Shown here piece after piece: positions 18,485 through 28,824 of a stretch of DNA of 53,648 nt. The translations under genes and the position numbers were made by a program. Below the pieces are notes generated by a model that was not told the origin of the DNA, searched no databases, and was given only the letters and a program-made list of their open reading frames with translations. How positions within the stretch are numbered: position 1 is the stretch's first letter; each line of letters starts with the position of its first letter. The stretch spans positions 1-53,648 of the forward strand of contig JAHYJA010000003.1 in NCBI GenBank assembly GCA_019429325.1. The letters run 5' to 3'. This DNA comes from Bacteroidales bacterium (GTDB taxonomy: Bacteria > Bacteroidota > Bacteroidia > Bacteroidales > VadinHA17).

Positions 18485-18534
18485 CCACGGAAAAGAGAAT
18501 ATAAACTTATATCTGATAATCAAATTTTAAAATC

Positions 18535-20004
18535 ATGAAGAAAATCTTTTTTTTATTGCTGATCAGCGTGGTTATTCTTGCCGGTTGCGAGAAGGAGTAT
18601 GAAAAACCGGTAATTACCCCTCCCGGGCTGATTAATGTGGAAATAAATAAATCAGCCGATGTTGTCTTTGCATTTACTGCTGAAGCCGGTTACAAAACAG
18701 CATCAGTGATTGCCACTGGGGGATCTGCCAGTGTTACAACAATGCCGTCTGCCGGCTCAACATCCGGTTCGGTGGTTGTTACCTTCTCAGCATCAAGAGA
18801 ATCAGGTGCAGGTTCGGTTGTTCTGACTTTAACTGATGTTAACGACAATGCAGGGCAGGCAACGGGAGTATTAAACGTTACAGCTGTTCCAACAATATCT
18901 GTTACACAGAACATAAGCTCGAATACCACATGGGAGACCGGCAAGGTATATATTCTTGAAGGCCGTATTGCCGTGATTGACGGAGTTACACTCACAATTG
19001 AGCCAGGGGTGGTTATCAAAGGCCGTGAAGGGACAGGGTCAAATGCAACTGCTCTGCTGGTTGCGCGTGGTGGTAAACTGATTGCAGAAGGAACTGCGTC
19101 CTCCCCTATCATATTTACGAGTATTGCAGACCTGATCCTGCCGGGAGAAATTTCCAGCCCTAATCTTGAGCCGACCGTTCCCGGTCTGTGGGGCGGGGTT
19201 TTAGTACTCGGAAAAGCGCCCATTTCAGCATCCTCAAATGAGATGCAGATTGAAGGGATACCCGTATCTGACCTTAACGGCCGCTATGGTGGAACTGATC
19301 CGCTTGATGATTCAGGAATCATAAAATATTTATCGATACGCCACGGAGGTGCAAACATCGGCGAAGGCAACGAGATCAATGGCTTAACACTCGGCGGTGT
19401 CGGATCAGGTACAATTATTGAGAATGTTGAAGTGATTGCCAACGATGATGATGGCATAGAATGGTTTGGAGGTACGGTTAACGTTAAGAATGCGCTTGTC
19501 TGGAACCCACAAGATGATGCCATAGATACAGATCAGTCATGGGCCGGAACTCTCGATAATTTCATAGTTATCTGCGGTTCGGGCACCGATCATGCTCTTG
19601 AGATTGATGGTCCTGAAGGTACCATGCCGGCAGCCCATACCGTAAAAAATGGCTCGATTAAGGGAAGTCTGGTTGCTGAACCTGGTGATTTCAGGGACGG
19701 AGCAAGAGGGGCCTTTGAGAACATTTACTTCTTCAATTTCCCCGATCCTTCAACCAGCAGTGGCCGTGGAGATCTGACTCTTAGCGGTACAGCAACCCAA
19801 AGCAATTTCGCCGCCGGAATTCTGAGCTTTAACAACCTTCAGATAACTCCTGCCCCGGGGGTCGCTTTAACATCCATTTTCCTGAATGGAACTCACGTCC
19901 ACGCCACTGAAGTGACCCCGGCCACCAGAACAGTCGGAGCCGACAAGTCAGTCTTTGCAGGCTGGACATGGGCCGATGCGGGGAACCAGCTAAATGATTT
20001 TTAA
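18535..20004 (+). CDS. Surface lipoprotein with predicted beta-helix domain (TonB-receptor partner)
   Basis: LAGC lipobox; LTIEPG, WGGV, DDSG, NEINGLTLGGVGSGT and DDGIEWFGG motifs. Confidence 0.8.
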   Translation: MKKIFFLLLISVVILAGCEKEYEKPVITPPGLINVEINKSADVVFAFTAEAGYKTASVIATGGSASVTTMPSAGSTSGSVVVTFSASRESGAGSVVLTLTDVNDNAGQATGVLNVTAVPTISVTQNISSNTTWETGKVYILEGRIAVIDGVTLTIEPGVVIKGREGTGSNATALLVARGGKLIAEGTASSPIIFTSIADLILPGEISSPNLEPTVPGLWGGVLVLGKAPISASSNEMQIEGIPVSDLNGRYGGTDPLDDSGIIKYLSIRHGGANIGEGNEINGLTLGGVGSGTIIENVEVIANDDDGIEWFGGTVNVKNALVWNPQDDAIDTDQSWAGTLDNFIVICGSGTDHALEIDGPEGTMPAAHTVKNGSIKGSLVAEPGDFRDGARGAFENIYFFNFPDPSTSSGRGDLTLSGTATQSNFAAGILSFNNLQITPAPGVALTSIFLNGTHVHATEVTPATRTVGADKSVFAGWTWADAGNQLNDF

Positions 20005-20020
20005 ACCAATATTATCTGTT

Positions 20021-22918
20021 ATGCAATTGTTAAAGTATTTTTTCGCGGGACTTCTTTCAATATTAACCCTGAGCCTCTATTCCCAGGGCGGTTTTATAAG
20101 GGGGACTGTATATGATGACACAAGGGGTGAACCCCTGATCGGAGCTGCCATAGTTGTTGAAGGAACAACCAGGGGAGGATTTGCCGATCTCGATGGTAAG
20201 TTCAGCATAAGCCTTGAGCCAGGTAGTTATAACCTTAAGATCTCTTTTGTCTCTTATGAGACACTGGTAATAAATGATGTAAAAGTGGCTGCTGACAGAG
20301 TTACACTACTTGACAACCTGCGTCTCATTGAAGCTGCCCATGGACTCTCCGAGGTAGTAGTATCAGCCAGCATGGCACGGAATACGGAGGCAGCCATTTT
20401 TACCGTGAGAATGAAATCACCAACAGTTATCGATGGGATATCTGCTGCCGGATTCAGAAAAATCGGCGACTCCGACGCTGCCTCAACCATGAAGCGTGTT
20501 ACTGGAGTAACTGTGGAGGGTGGCAAATACGTCTATGTGCGTGGGCTAGGCGACAGATATACTAAAACCATAGTGAACGGAGTGGATATTCCCGGCCTCG
20601 ACCCCGACCGCAATACAATGCAGATGGATATATTTCCAACAAATGTGATTGATAACATAATGGTCCATAAATCTTTCAGCGCGGAGTTACCTGCCGATTT
20701 CACAGGCGGAGTTATCGACATTGCTACTAAAGACTTTCCCGAGCAGAAAAAGGTATCATTCTCATTAAGCACTGCCTTCAATCCCGATTTTCACTTAAGA
20801 AATGACTTTCTGACATATCCTGGCGGTAAATATGATTTTCTTGGTTTTGATGACGGAACCCGTGCAATCCCGGCAACAACAAATATTCCCTTCTTTGCCG
20901 GTGTAATAGGCGATCCGAATGGTGAGGCCGGCATCCGTTACAGGGAGATCCTCGAAAGTTTTAACCCGACAATGGCTGCCATAAGGCAAAACAGCTTTGT
21001 CGATTATAATCTTGGCACAACTATAGGGAACCAGATCCCCCTGAAGAAGTTCACTCTTGGATATAACGTCGGATTTTCATACAAGAGCAATACAGAGTTC
21101 TACCAGAATGCTGAATACGGCAGATATGGCTTATCATCCAACCCTGATATCAACGAGCTGGATGTGAGGGAGTTTCAGATAGGTGATTTCGGGGTGAAGA
21201 GTGTATTAATGAGCGGAATGGCAGGAGTCGCGTTAAAAACCCGGCAGTCAAAATACCGGTTTAACCTGCTTCATTTGCAAAATGGTGAATCAAAGGCAGG
21301 AATATTTGATTATGAGGGTTCGGAAAAAGGAAGTAATTTCACTGGCCTTCAGCATAACCTTGAATACAACCAGCGTTCCCTTACCAACATTCTGTTAGAC
21401 GGGAAACATATATTCAATGATTCAAAATTTGAGGTGGTCTGGAAAGTTTCACCAACTATATCCGCAATTAAAGATCCGGATACCAGGTTTGTCAGGTATG
21501 TTACAGAAAATCAAACATTAAGAATAAATACTGAAGGTGGTTTTCCTGAAAGGATCTGGAGGGATCTGTCGGAAATGAATATTGCCGGCGTCCTGCACGT
21601 TTCCAAAGACTTTAATCTTAATGGCAATAAATCGAGGTTCAATATGGGAGGAGCATATACCTGGAAGCATCGTGAGTTTATTATCAGGAAATACGCGTTT
21701 AATATCAGGAATGTTCCCCTTACCGGCGATCCGAATGAGATATTCCGGCCTGAGAACCTTTGGCCGCTGAACGGAACTGAGACCATGTTCGGGACAACTT
21801 ATGAAGCTCATTTTATGCCATCAAACCCTAACCAGTTTGATGCAAAATCATCCAATCTGGCAGGTTATATTTCAACTGAACTGTGTGTGTCAAAGAACCT
21901 TAAAACTATTCTGGGCGTCAGGCTTGAGAAATTCAGCCAGTTTTACACGGGTCAGGACCAGCTCGGTATCAATGTTCTGAATAATGATAAGGTACTTGAC
22001 AATGTAAACCTTTTCCCCTCAGTAAACATAATCTACAATGTTTCTGCCCGCCAGAATATAAGATTGTCGTATGCAAAAACCATTGCAAGGCCCTCTTTCA
22101 AAGAATTATCCTACGCGGAGATCGCCGACCCGGTAAGCAACAGAACATTTATCGGTGGAATGTTCAGGGATGCCAACGAAGCTATAGGTGTCGAATACTG
22201 GGATGGTAATCTTGTAAGTACCTTTATCCATAATCTTGATATCAGATGGGAAATGTTCCGGTCAAACGGACAAATGATCTCACTGAGTGGATTCAGTAAG
22301 AAGTTCATACGCCCAATTGAAATTGTCCAGTATGCCACTCAGACCGGGTCGTTTCAGCCACGCAATGTTGGCGACGGACAGGTATTCGGAGCAGAAGTGG
22401 AACTCCGGCAGAATTTCAGCATGATAAGCTCAACGCTAAAGAATTTCAGCCTCTCAACCAATTTTGCCGTTACAAAGTCCGGTATCGGGTTAAGCAAGAC
22501 TGAATTACAATCGAGGATAGAAAATGCACGAAACGGCCAGACAATAGGAAAAAGCAGAGTGATGGCAGGACAGGCTCCATATATCATTAATGCCGGACTA
22601 ACATATGATGGCGGAGAGGATGGGTTCTGGAAAGGTTTTGAGGCAGGGTTGTTTTACAACGTACAGGGCATCACACTTCAATATGTTGGTATCGCTGACC
22701 TTCCTGATATTTATACACTACCTTTTCATAGTCTCAATTTCAACGCCAATAAAAGTTTTGGAAAGGAAAACAGAACCCAGCTTGGGATTAAAATAGACAA
22801 CCTGCTGAACGATAAGAAAGAATCTGTTTTCAGGTCATTTAATGTTACAGATCCTTTTTTCACAAAACTTGAACCCGGAATCACCTTCCACCTCCGTATG
22901 AGCTATGCCCTGTTTTGA
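20021..22918 (+). CDS. TonB-dependent receptor
   Basis: Start at ATG 20021; CarboxypepD_reg-like domain; plug YVYVRGLGDRY..DIFPT..KSFSAELPADFTGG; C-terminal Phe. Confidence 0.9.
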   Translation: MQLLKYFFAGLLSILTLSLYSQGGFIRGTVYDDTRGEPLIGAAIVVEGTTRGGFADLDGKFSISLEPGSYNLKISFVSYETLVINDVKVAADRVTLLDNLRLIEAAHGLSEVVVSASMARNTEAAIFTVRMKSPTVIDGISAAGFRKIGDSDAASTMKRVTGVTVEGGKYVYVRGLGDRYTKTIVNGVDIPGLDPDRNTMQMDIFPTNVIDNIMVHKSFSAELPADFTGGVIDIATKDFPEQKKVSFSLSTAFNPDFHLRNDFLTYPGGKYDFLGFDDGTRAIPATTNIPFFAGVIGDPNGEAGIRYREILESFNPTMAAIRQNSFVDYNLGTTIGNQIPLKKFTLGYNVGFSYKSNTEFYQNAEYGRYGLSSNPDINELDVREFQIGDFGVKSVLMSGMAGVALKTRQSKYRFNLLHLQNGESKAGIFDYEGSEKGSNFTGLQHNLEYNQRSLTNILLDGKHIFNDSKFEVVWKVSPTISAIKDPDTRFVRYVTENQTLRINTEGGFPERIWRDLSEMNIAGVLHVSKDFNLNGNKSRFNMGGAYTWKHREFIIRKYAFNIRNVPLTGDPNEIFRPENLWPLNGTETMFGTTYEAHFMPSNPNQFDAKSSNLAGYISTELCVSKNLKTILGVRLEKFSQFYTGQDQLGINVLNNDKVLDNVNLFPSVNIIYNVSARQNIRLSYAKTIARPSFKELSYAEIADPVSNRTFIGGMFRDANEAIGVEYWDGNLVSTFIHNLDIRWEMFRSNGQMISLSGFSKKFIRPIEIVQYATQTGSFQPRNVGDGQVFGAEVELRQNFSMISSTLKNFSLSTNFAVTKSGIGLSKTELQSRIENARNGQTIGKSRVMAGQAPYIINAGLTYDGGEDGFWKGFEAGLFYNVQGITLQYVGIADLPDIYTLPFHSLNFNANKSFGKENRTQLGIKIDNLLNDKKESVFRSFNVTDPFFTKLEPGITFHLRMSYALF

Positions 22919-23004
22919 TACCATTATTTGCTAATTACTTGTAATTTTACACAATATTGAAGTTCATACCTGAGTGAAGATTAAACCATACTAACAAAAA
23001 GCAC

Positions 23005-23691
23005 ATGGACAAAAAAGGAATAAGGATCCTGATTGTTGACGATGAGGAAGATCTATGCGAGATCCTTCAGTACAATCTCAGCAATGAAGGTTATCAGACA
23101 GAGGTTGCCCATTCGGCCGAAGAGGCAATGAAAAGGTCTCTGGATAAATTCGACCTGATCCTGCTGGATGTTATGATGGGAGCTATGTCGGGGTTCAGAT
23201 TTGCCGACACCCTTCGCAAGGAGCTGGATAATAACGTCCCTATCATCTTCCTGACTGCCAGGGACAAAGAAAACGACATTCTAACCGGATTCAGCCTGGG
23301 CGCCGATGACTACATTGCGAAACCCTTCTCTGTCAATGAACTGACAGCCAGGATCAAGGCAGTCCTTAAGCGGTCAGAGAAAGAAAAAAACAAAATGCAA
23401 GCCATTGTCAAATTCGGGGATATCGAACTCGACACAATGAGGAAACGAGTGATCATCAATGATGAAAAGGTTGATCTCACAAAGAAGGAGTATGAAATAC
23501 TCAAGCTTCTGCTTGAAAATCAGGTCAGGGTATTCTCCAGGGAAGATCTTCTCAAGAGAGTCTGGGGAAACGACGTGATTGTAACGGAACGGACTGTCGA
23601 TGTGAACATAACAAGGTTGAGGACAAAACTCGGCAATTACGGCCGATTACTCAGGAATAAGACAGGGTACGGGTATTTCCTTGAATTCTGA
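23005..23691 (+). CDS. phoB: OmpR/PhoB-family response regulator
   Basis: [27 protein letters not shown]; winged helix [15 protein letters not shown]. Confidence 0.85.
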   Translation: MDKKGIRILIVDDEEDLCEILQYNLSNEGYQTEVAHSAEEAMKRSLDKFDLILLDVMMGAMSGFRFADTLRKELDNNVPIIFLTARDKENDILTGFSLGADDYIAKPFSVNELTARIKAVLKRSEKEKNKMQAIVKFGDIELDTMRKRVIINDEKVDLTKKEYEILKLLLENQVRVFSREDLLKRVWGNDVIVTERTVDVNITRLRTKLGNYGRLLRNKTGYGYFLEF

Positions 23692-23701
23692 AACTGATAA
23701 G

Positions 23702-25462
23702 ATGATATTTGGAAAATCATTCCGGAACAATCTGTTTCTTTATTATTCAATTGTATTTCTGTTATTTACAGTACTTATCCTGCTTTATCTTTACAAGAGA
23801 GAAAAGGATTATCGCATTGAAGCTCTCAATGATGAACTTAACAATATTACCCTTCTGACAGATAATTATATAAAAGTAAACAGCATTGATAAAAGCAGGG
23901 ATTACCGGAAATTGGATTCACTGATCAGCCTGATCCCTCAGTCTAACCTCCGGATTACTATCGTAAGTCTTTCCGGTGATGTCCTTTTCGACAGTTTCGT
24001 GCATGAATGGACCAAAATGGAAAACCACCTGGAAAGACCGGAAATAACTGAGTCACTCAAAGCTCCGTTCGGAACTGCCATCAGGGGTTCCGAAACAACA
24101 GGCCAGGCATATTATTACTATGCCCGGAACCTTGAAAGATATTTTATTAGGTCAGCCCTCGTTTATGATGTCACCATCGCAAACTTCCTGAAAGCAAAAA
24201 AATTCTTTCTCCTGGTGATATTCCTGTCCTTTATTTCGATTTGGCTTATTATGTTACTGATTACCAACAAGCTGAGCGAATCAATCACTAAACTTAAGGA
24301 TTTTGCATTAAGGGTGGGGAATAATGAACCATTTGATTTCAGGACGAAGTTTCCGAAAAACGAGATAGGAATAATTGGTGAAGAGATTATGACAATCTAT
24401 AATAAACTCCTTCAGACCAAGAATGACCTTGCCATTGAAAAAGAAAAGTTCTTCAATCATCTTGATGCTCTTAATGAAGGAGTGGCATTTTTCTCCCAGG
24501 ACAAGAAAAAGATCTTCAATAACGATCATTTTGTCCATTTCCTGAATATGATTTCGGGTGATCTGAGGATCTTCACTTCAGATTTCAGTGAGATTACCGA
24601 ATTATCACAGGTTACTGATTTTGTTGACAAACATTCAGAATCGGAGATTTCCGTAACGGATCTGCCAAAAATGGAATACCAGGTAAATAAGGACGGCAGA
24701 TTTTTCAGGGTTCAGTGTGTTATTTTCAAGGACAGGAGCTTTGAAGTTATTATCAGCGACATAACCAAAATAGGGAAGAACAAGCTGATTAAGCAGCAAA
24801 TGACTTCAAATATATCTCACGAGCTGAAAACCCCTGTTTCGTCGGTTAAAGGGTATATCGAAACCCTTCTCAACGATCCTGCCATTGAGCCTGAGAAACA
24901 AAAATATTTTCTTGAAAAGGCGCTGGCGCAGGCAGACAGGCTGACAGGGCTGATCAACGATATTTCTGAACTTAACAGGATAGAAGAGGCTGCTGCATCA
25001 TTCAACATTGAAAAGGTAAAGATCAAAAAGATAATAAGGGAAGTGAGGGATAATTTCAAATCGGCGATTGAAGCGAGGAAGATGAAGGTTGAAATTGAGG
25101 TGGGCAGCGAGGTTACCGTAAAAGGGAACAAGTCGCTCATACTATCCGTCTTCCAGAACCTGACTGAAAATGCCATCAATTATGCCGGTGATGATTCAAC
25201 AATCAGAGTGCTGGTTTATAATGAGGATAAGAAATTCTACCACTTCTCCTTCTCGGACGATGGTGTCGGAATCCCCGAGGAACATTTAAACAGGGTATTT
25301 GAAAGGTTCTACAGGATTGATTCAGGACGTTCGAGGAAAAGCGGTGGTACCGGTCTCGGCCTGGCAATTGTTAAAAATGCTATCCTGCTTCATAGAGGAG
25401 AAATACTTGTTAGGAATAAGACAAGTGGCGGGACTGAGTTCCTGTTTTCCCTACCGAAATAA
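23702..25462 (+). CDS. phoR: PhoR-like sensor histidine kinase
   Basis: Two TM helices; [10 protein letters not shown] sensor motif; [18 protein letters not shown]; N, G1, F and G2 boxes ([19 protein letters not shown]). Confidence 0.85.
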   Translation: MIFGKSFRNNLFLYYSIVFLLFTVLILLYLYKREKDYRIEALNDELNNITLLTDNYIKVNSIDKSRDYRKLDSLISLIPQSNLRITIVSLSGDVLFDSFVHEWTKMENHLERPEITESLKAPFGTAIRGSETTGQAYYYYARNLERYFIRSALVYDVTIANFLKAKKFFLLVIFLSFISIWLIMLLITNKLSESITKLKDFALRVGNNEPFDFRTKFPKNEIGIIGEEIMTIYNKLLQTKNDLAIEKEKFFNHLDALNEGVAFFSQDKKKIFNNDHFVHFLNMISGDLRIFTSDFSEITELSQVTDFVDKHSESEISVTDLPKMEYQVNKDGRFFRVQCVIFKDRSFEVIISDITKIGKNKLIKQQMTSNISHELKTPVSSVKGYIETLLNDPAIEPEKQKYFLEKALAQADRLTGLINDISELNRIEEAAASFNIEKVKIKKIIREVRDNFKSAIEARKMKVEIEVGSEVTVKGNKSLILSVFQNLTENAINYAGDDSTIRVLVYNEDKKFYHFSFSDDGVGIPEEHLNRVFERFYRIDSGRSRKSGGTGLGLAIVKNAILLHRGEILVRNKTSGGTEFLFSLPK

Positions 25463-25466
25463 AAGC

Positions 25467-25504
25467 CTCCGTGGCCCTCTGTGACATCCTTCGTGCCCTC
25501 TGAG
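25467..25504 (+). repeat. Four spaced CTYYGWG heptamers just after the phoR stop
   Basis: CTCCGTG 25467, CTCTGTG 25477, CTTCGTG 25489, CTCTGAG 25498. Confidence 0.65.
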
Positions 25505-25529
25505 TACCGTATTATGTCTCCGTCAGGTC

Positions 25530-26570
25530 TCAGTTGTTTAGATACAGGAGCTTCTGTTTCTTCACGGAGACGCTCCCAATTATTGCTGAATCAGCGAGCC
25601 CTGAAGCATGAAGATCGCTAAGGAGTGCAGAAGTCCGATCTTCAGGAACGCTCATCAGCAGTCCGCCTGAGGTCTGAGCATCACATGCAATCATTTTAAG
25701 GTTATAATCGAGATCTGGTGCAAAAAGCGTGTTTTCCGTTGTATAGTCGAGGTTCCGGAACGCTGCACCGGGTATGCATCCATCTTCCGAAAGCCTGTAG
25801 GTGTTTCCTATAAGAGGGACTTGTTTCATAGAGATATTCAGGCTCACACCACTGGCTGAGGCCATCTTAATGGCATGACCGGCGAGTCCGAAGCCGGTAA
25901 TATCGGTTGCACCCCTGATTTTGTATTTTTTCATCATCTCTGCTGCCGATCTGTTGAGAAGCTTCATCTGCCGTTTCGCTTCTTCCACATCGTCAGGCGA
26001 TGCGATACCCAGTCTCTGGCCGGCGAGTATAATACCGGTTCCGACTGGCTTCGTAAGTACCAGGTAATCATCGGGTCTGACACCGGCGTTGGTTATAATC
26101 TTTTCCGGATGAATGTAACCAACAACTGCCAGTCCGTATTTCGGAGGGAAGTCATCGATTGTATGCCCTCCAATTATTCTTACTCCGGCTTCGGCAGCCT
26201 TATCATAGCCCCCTCTCAGTATTCCGGCATATGCTTCCATGGGCAGCTTCGCGGATGGGAACATCATGATGTTCAAAGCAACAACGGGATCACCTCCCAT
26301 GGCATAAACATCACTGATGGAGTTGGCTGCAGCAATCTGTCCGAATTCATAAGGGTCGCTGCACACAGGAGGGAAGAAATCTGTTGTAAGCACAAGCGCC
26401 AGAGTGTCGTTCACCCTGTAAATACCTGCGTCATCATGCGTATCAATATTCACAAGAATATCCGGATCGTCAGGCAGGGGAAGAAATTTTAGTATTTCCT
26501 CAAGCTGCCGCGGGGATATCTTGGCAGAACAGCCGCCATTTTCAACCATCTGAAGAAGATCAATTTCCAT
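25530..26570 (-). CDS. selD: Selenide, water dikinase (selenophosphate synthetase), Cys form
   Basis: GGCSAK, DDAG, TTDFFPP, ANSISDVYAMGG, GGHT, TDITGFGLAGH, DAQTSGGLL. Confidence 0.95.
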   Translation of the reverse strand: MEIDLLQMVENGGCSAKISPRQLEEILKFLPLPDDPDILVNIDTHDDAGIYRVNDTLALVLTTDFFPPVCSDPYEFGQIAAANSISDVYAMGGDPVVALNIMMFPSAKLPMEAYAGILRGGYDKAAEAGVRIIGGHTIDDFPPKYGLAVVGYIHPEKIITNAGVRPDDYLVLTKPVGTGIILAGQRLGIASPDDVEEAKRQMKLLNRSAAEMMKKYKIRGATDITGFGLAGHAIKMASASGVSLNISMKQVPLIGNTYRLSEDGCIPGAAFRNLDYTTENTLFAPDLDYNLKMIACDAQTSGGLLMSVPEDRTSALLSDLHASGLADSAIIGSVSVKKQKLLYLNN

Positions 26571-26589
26571 TGTCAGAATAAGATAATTG

Positions 26590-27204
26590 TCAGGGCCGGA
26601 TTATCTTTCCTGCAGAGGCCATAGCCTGTGCAATAACAAACATGTTGCTTAAAATGCCTGTCGTGGTTTTTCCTTCCAGCTTATAATAATTAACACAGGT
26701 CGCGCAGACAAGCAACTCCACGCCCATTTTCTCAAGGTCCTTCAGATTCTCAACGACGGGAGATTCTTCAGAAACAAGGATGACACCCTTATTGTAGAAA
26801 ATTATTTTCTCAGGAAGGAGATCCAAGTCCTTTACCGCCTTAATGAAGTTTCCCGCAAGGAGATGTCCGAGTTCATCAGCTCCCTCCCCCATCCGATCGG
26901 AGCTGAAGACAATTATAAAATCACCCTTCGGGAAAGTGTCCGGAGAAGTGCTGCAATAATCCTGCGGTTTGGTAAAGGAACCTGTTTCACTCCGCCGGGT
27001 AATTCTTAAAGTCCATTTACCCTTCTCCTCCGATACCGAGAAATCTGTGTAATTATCTGTAAGAAACCTGGAAAGATTATTGTAAGAGGTCAGGTTATCA
27101 GTAATCACCTCAATTACTTCCTCTGACCCGGCTTCCCTGAGCGCTCTTCTGGTTGCAATCAGCGGCGCCGGGCACTTCTGTCCGCAGGTGTCAACTATTA
27201 TCAT
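26590..27204 (-). CDS. yedF: Sulfurtransferase-like selenium metabolism protein YedF (TusA plus DsrE domains)
   Basis: Start at ATG 27204 (-7 box TACTTTTG at 27230-27223); VDTCGQKCPAP; MGEG..ELG..L, FYNKGV, CATC, SNM. Confidence 0.9.
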   Translation of the reverse strand: MIIVDTCGQKCPAPLIATRRALREAGSEEVIEVITDNLTSYNNLSRFLTDNYTDFSVSEEKGKWTLRITRRSETGSFTKPQDYCSTSPDTFPKGDFIIVFSSDRMGEGADELGHLLAGNFIKAVKDLDLLPEKIIFYNKGVILVSEESPVVENLKDLEKMGVELLVCATCVNYYKLEGKTTTGILSNMFVIAQAMASAGKIIRP

Positions 27205-27270
27205 AAACGGATTAAAATTTCCCAAAAGTACAAAAGAAAAGCTGAAAACTGTAATGAATCTTTTATTATT

Positions 27271-27352
27271 GGGTGCTGGTTACTGCCCGCCGTCGCCAAG
27301 GCTTTGGCGGGTAAAAGTTGCTGGTTGACTGATTACTGATTACTGATTACCC
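27271..27352. repeat. GGTTRCT/GATTACT heptamer tract interrupted by the 26-bp hairpin element
   Basis: gggtgct ggttact g [cccgcc-gtcgccaaggcttt-ggcggg 27286-27311] ..gttgct ggttgact gattact gattact gattacc. Confidence 0.85.
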
Positions 27353-27402
27353 GCTGACAAATAAGATTAAATAACTATTTTTGAATTCTTATTACTAAAA
27401 TC

Positions 27403-28824
27403 ATGAAACAACGTTTTTTAAGTTCTGTTTTACTCTGTTTAATAGGTTTTCCACTCTTTTTGTCTGGTCAGGATAAGGTTGATAAGCAGTCCCTTACCGG
27501 ATCGTGGCTTGGGAGGATCGAAGTGTCGCCAATCTCGCTGAGGATCGTTTTCAACCTGTCGGTGGTCGGGAACGACAGTCTTGTGGCAACCATGGACAGT
27601 CCCGACCAGGGTGTAAAGAATATAAAACTCGGGCCGGTTACTCTTACCGGAAATAATATCAATATCTCGGCCGGTGCAATGCTTGCGGAATACAATGGCA
27701 CGATAAAGAATGATACACTTATCGAGGGCACATGGTCGCAGGCCGGCAGAACCTTTCCCATGAATATTACCCGACTGTTATCTTCCTTTACCCTGAACAG
27801 GCCCCAGGAGCCCAGGCCGCCCTTCCCATACTTATCAGAGGATGTTACCTTTGCCAACGGCAAGTCTGACATACGACTTGCCGGAACACTTACCATTCCC
27901 AGGGGCACCGGACCATTCACCGCAGTAATTCTGATAACCGGGTCAGGTTCCCAGAACAGGGATGAGGAACTGTTGGGGCATAAACCATTTCTGGTTATTG
28001 CCGATCACCTTACACGAAACGGTATTGCCGTACTCCGCTACGATGACAGAGGCGTGGGCCAGTCGCAGGGCTCTCCTTTTAATGCTACCTCGGCTGACCT
28101 GGCGACCGATGCCGAAGCTGGTTTTAACTATCTCAGGACCCGGAGCGAAATAAACTCTGGAAAAATAGGTCTGGCAGGTCACAGCGAAGGTGGGTTTATT
28201 GCTCCCATTGTTGCCTCCGCCAATCCCGATGTTGCCTTTATCATTACCCTGGCCGGACCTGGTGTGACAGGAGAATCATTGCTTCACAGGCAGAACAGGG
28301 ACATCAGTACTATAATGGGGCTCGATGAGAAACAGATCAGGGATAATATTTCCACCAATAAGAAATTGTTTGCTGTTATTAAAAAAGAGACCGACAATGA
28401 CAAGGCAGAGGAAAAAGTAATGGCGACTTATAGAAAGATCCTTAAAAAAAGGAAGGTCCCGGCTGAAGATATTGAAAAGAATGTCAGGGAACTGAGTGTT
28501 TCTTTTGGCAAGTCATCTTACACATGGCTGAGATATTTTATGGTAACCGATCCCGCACCTTTCTGGAAAAAAGTTAGATGCCCTGTACTGGCGCTGAACG
28601 GGGAAAATGATTTACAGGTTGCTGCTGACATCAATCTTCCTGCCATCAGGAAAGCATTGAATGCCGGAGGGAACCGGAATGTAACAATTATCAGCCAGCC
28701 GCGGCTAAACCATCTCTTTCAGGAAAGCGAAACAGGATTGCCCTCTGAATACGGAGAAATTGAAGAGACTTTCTCTCCAGGGGTCCTGAAGATCATGACT
28801 GACTGGATCCTGGGCCTGAACTGA
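27403..28824 (+). CDS. Secreted alpha/beta hydrolase (S9/S15-like esterase or peptidase)
   Basis: Signal peptide; RPQEP, GSGSQNRDE, RYDDRGVG, nucleophile GHSEGG, GENDLQV, LNHLFQ. Confidence 0.9.
   Translation: MKQRFLSSVLLCLIGFPLFLSGQDKVDKQSLTGSWLGRIEVSPISLRIVFNLSVVGNDSLVATMDSPDQGVKNIKLGPVTLTGNNINISAGAMLAEYNGTIKNDTLIEGTWSQAGRTFPMNITRLLSSFTLNRPQEPRPPFPYLSEDVTFANGKSDIRLAGTLTIPRGTGPFTAVILITGSGSQNRDEELLGHKPFLVIADHLTRNGIAVLRYDDRGVGQSQGSPFNATSADLATDAEAGFNYLRTRSEINSGKIGLAGHSEGGFIAPIVASANPDVAFIITLAGPGVTGESLLHRQNRDISTIMGLDEKQIRDNISTNKKLFAVIKKETDNDKAEEKVMATYRKILKKRKVPAEDIEKNVRELSVSFGKSSYTWLRYFMVTDPAPFWKKVRCPVLALNGENDLQVAADINLPAIRKALNAGGNRNVTIISQPRLNHLFQESETGLPSEYGEIEETFSPGVLKIMTDWILGLN

Noticed and set aside
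25875-26492. Long antisense ORFs (also 18690-19223, 39992-40561, 43388-43966 and others)
   Set aside because: Shadows of well-supported genes on the opposite strand, with no motifs
25530-26570. Selenocysteine in SelD or UGA read-through elsewhere
   Set aside because: SelD has Cys at the catalytic position; TGA-ending genes stop at family-typical C-termini; no tRNA-Sec seen
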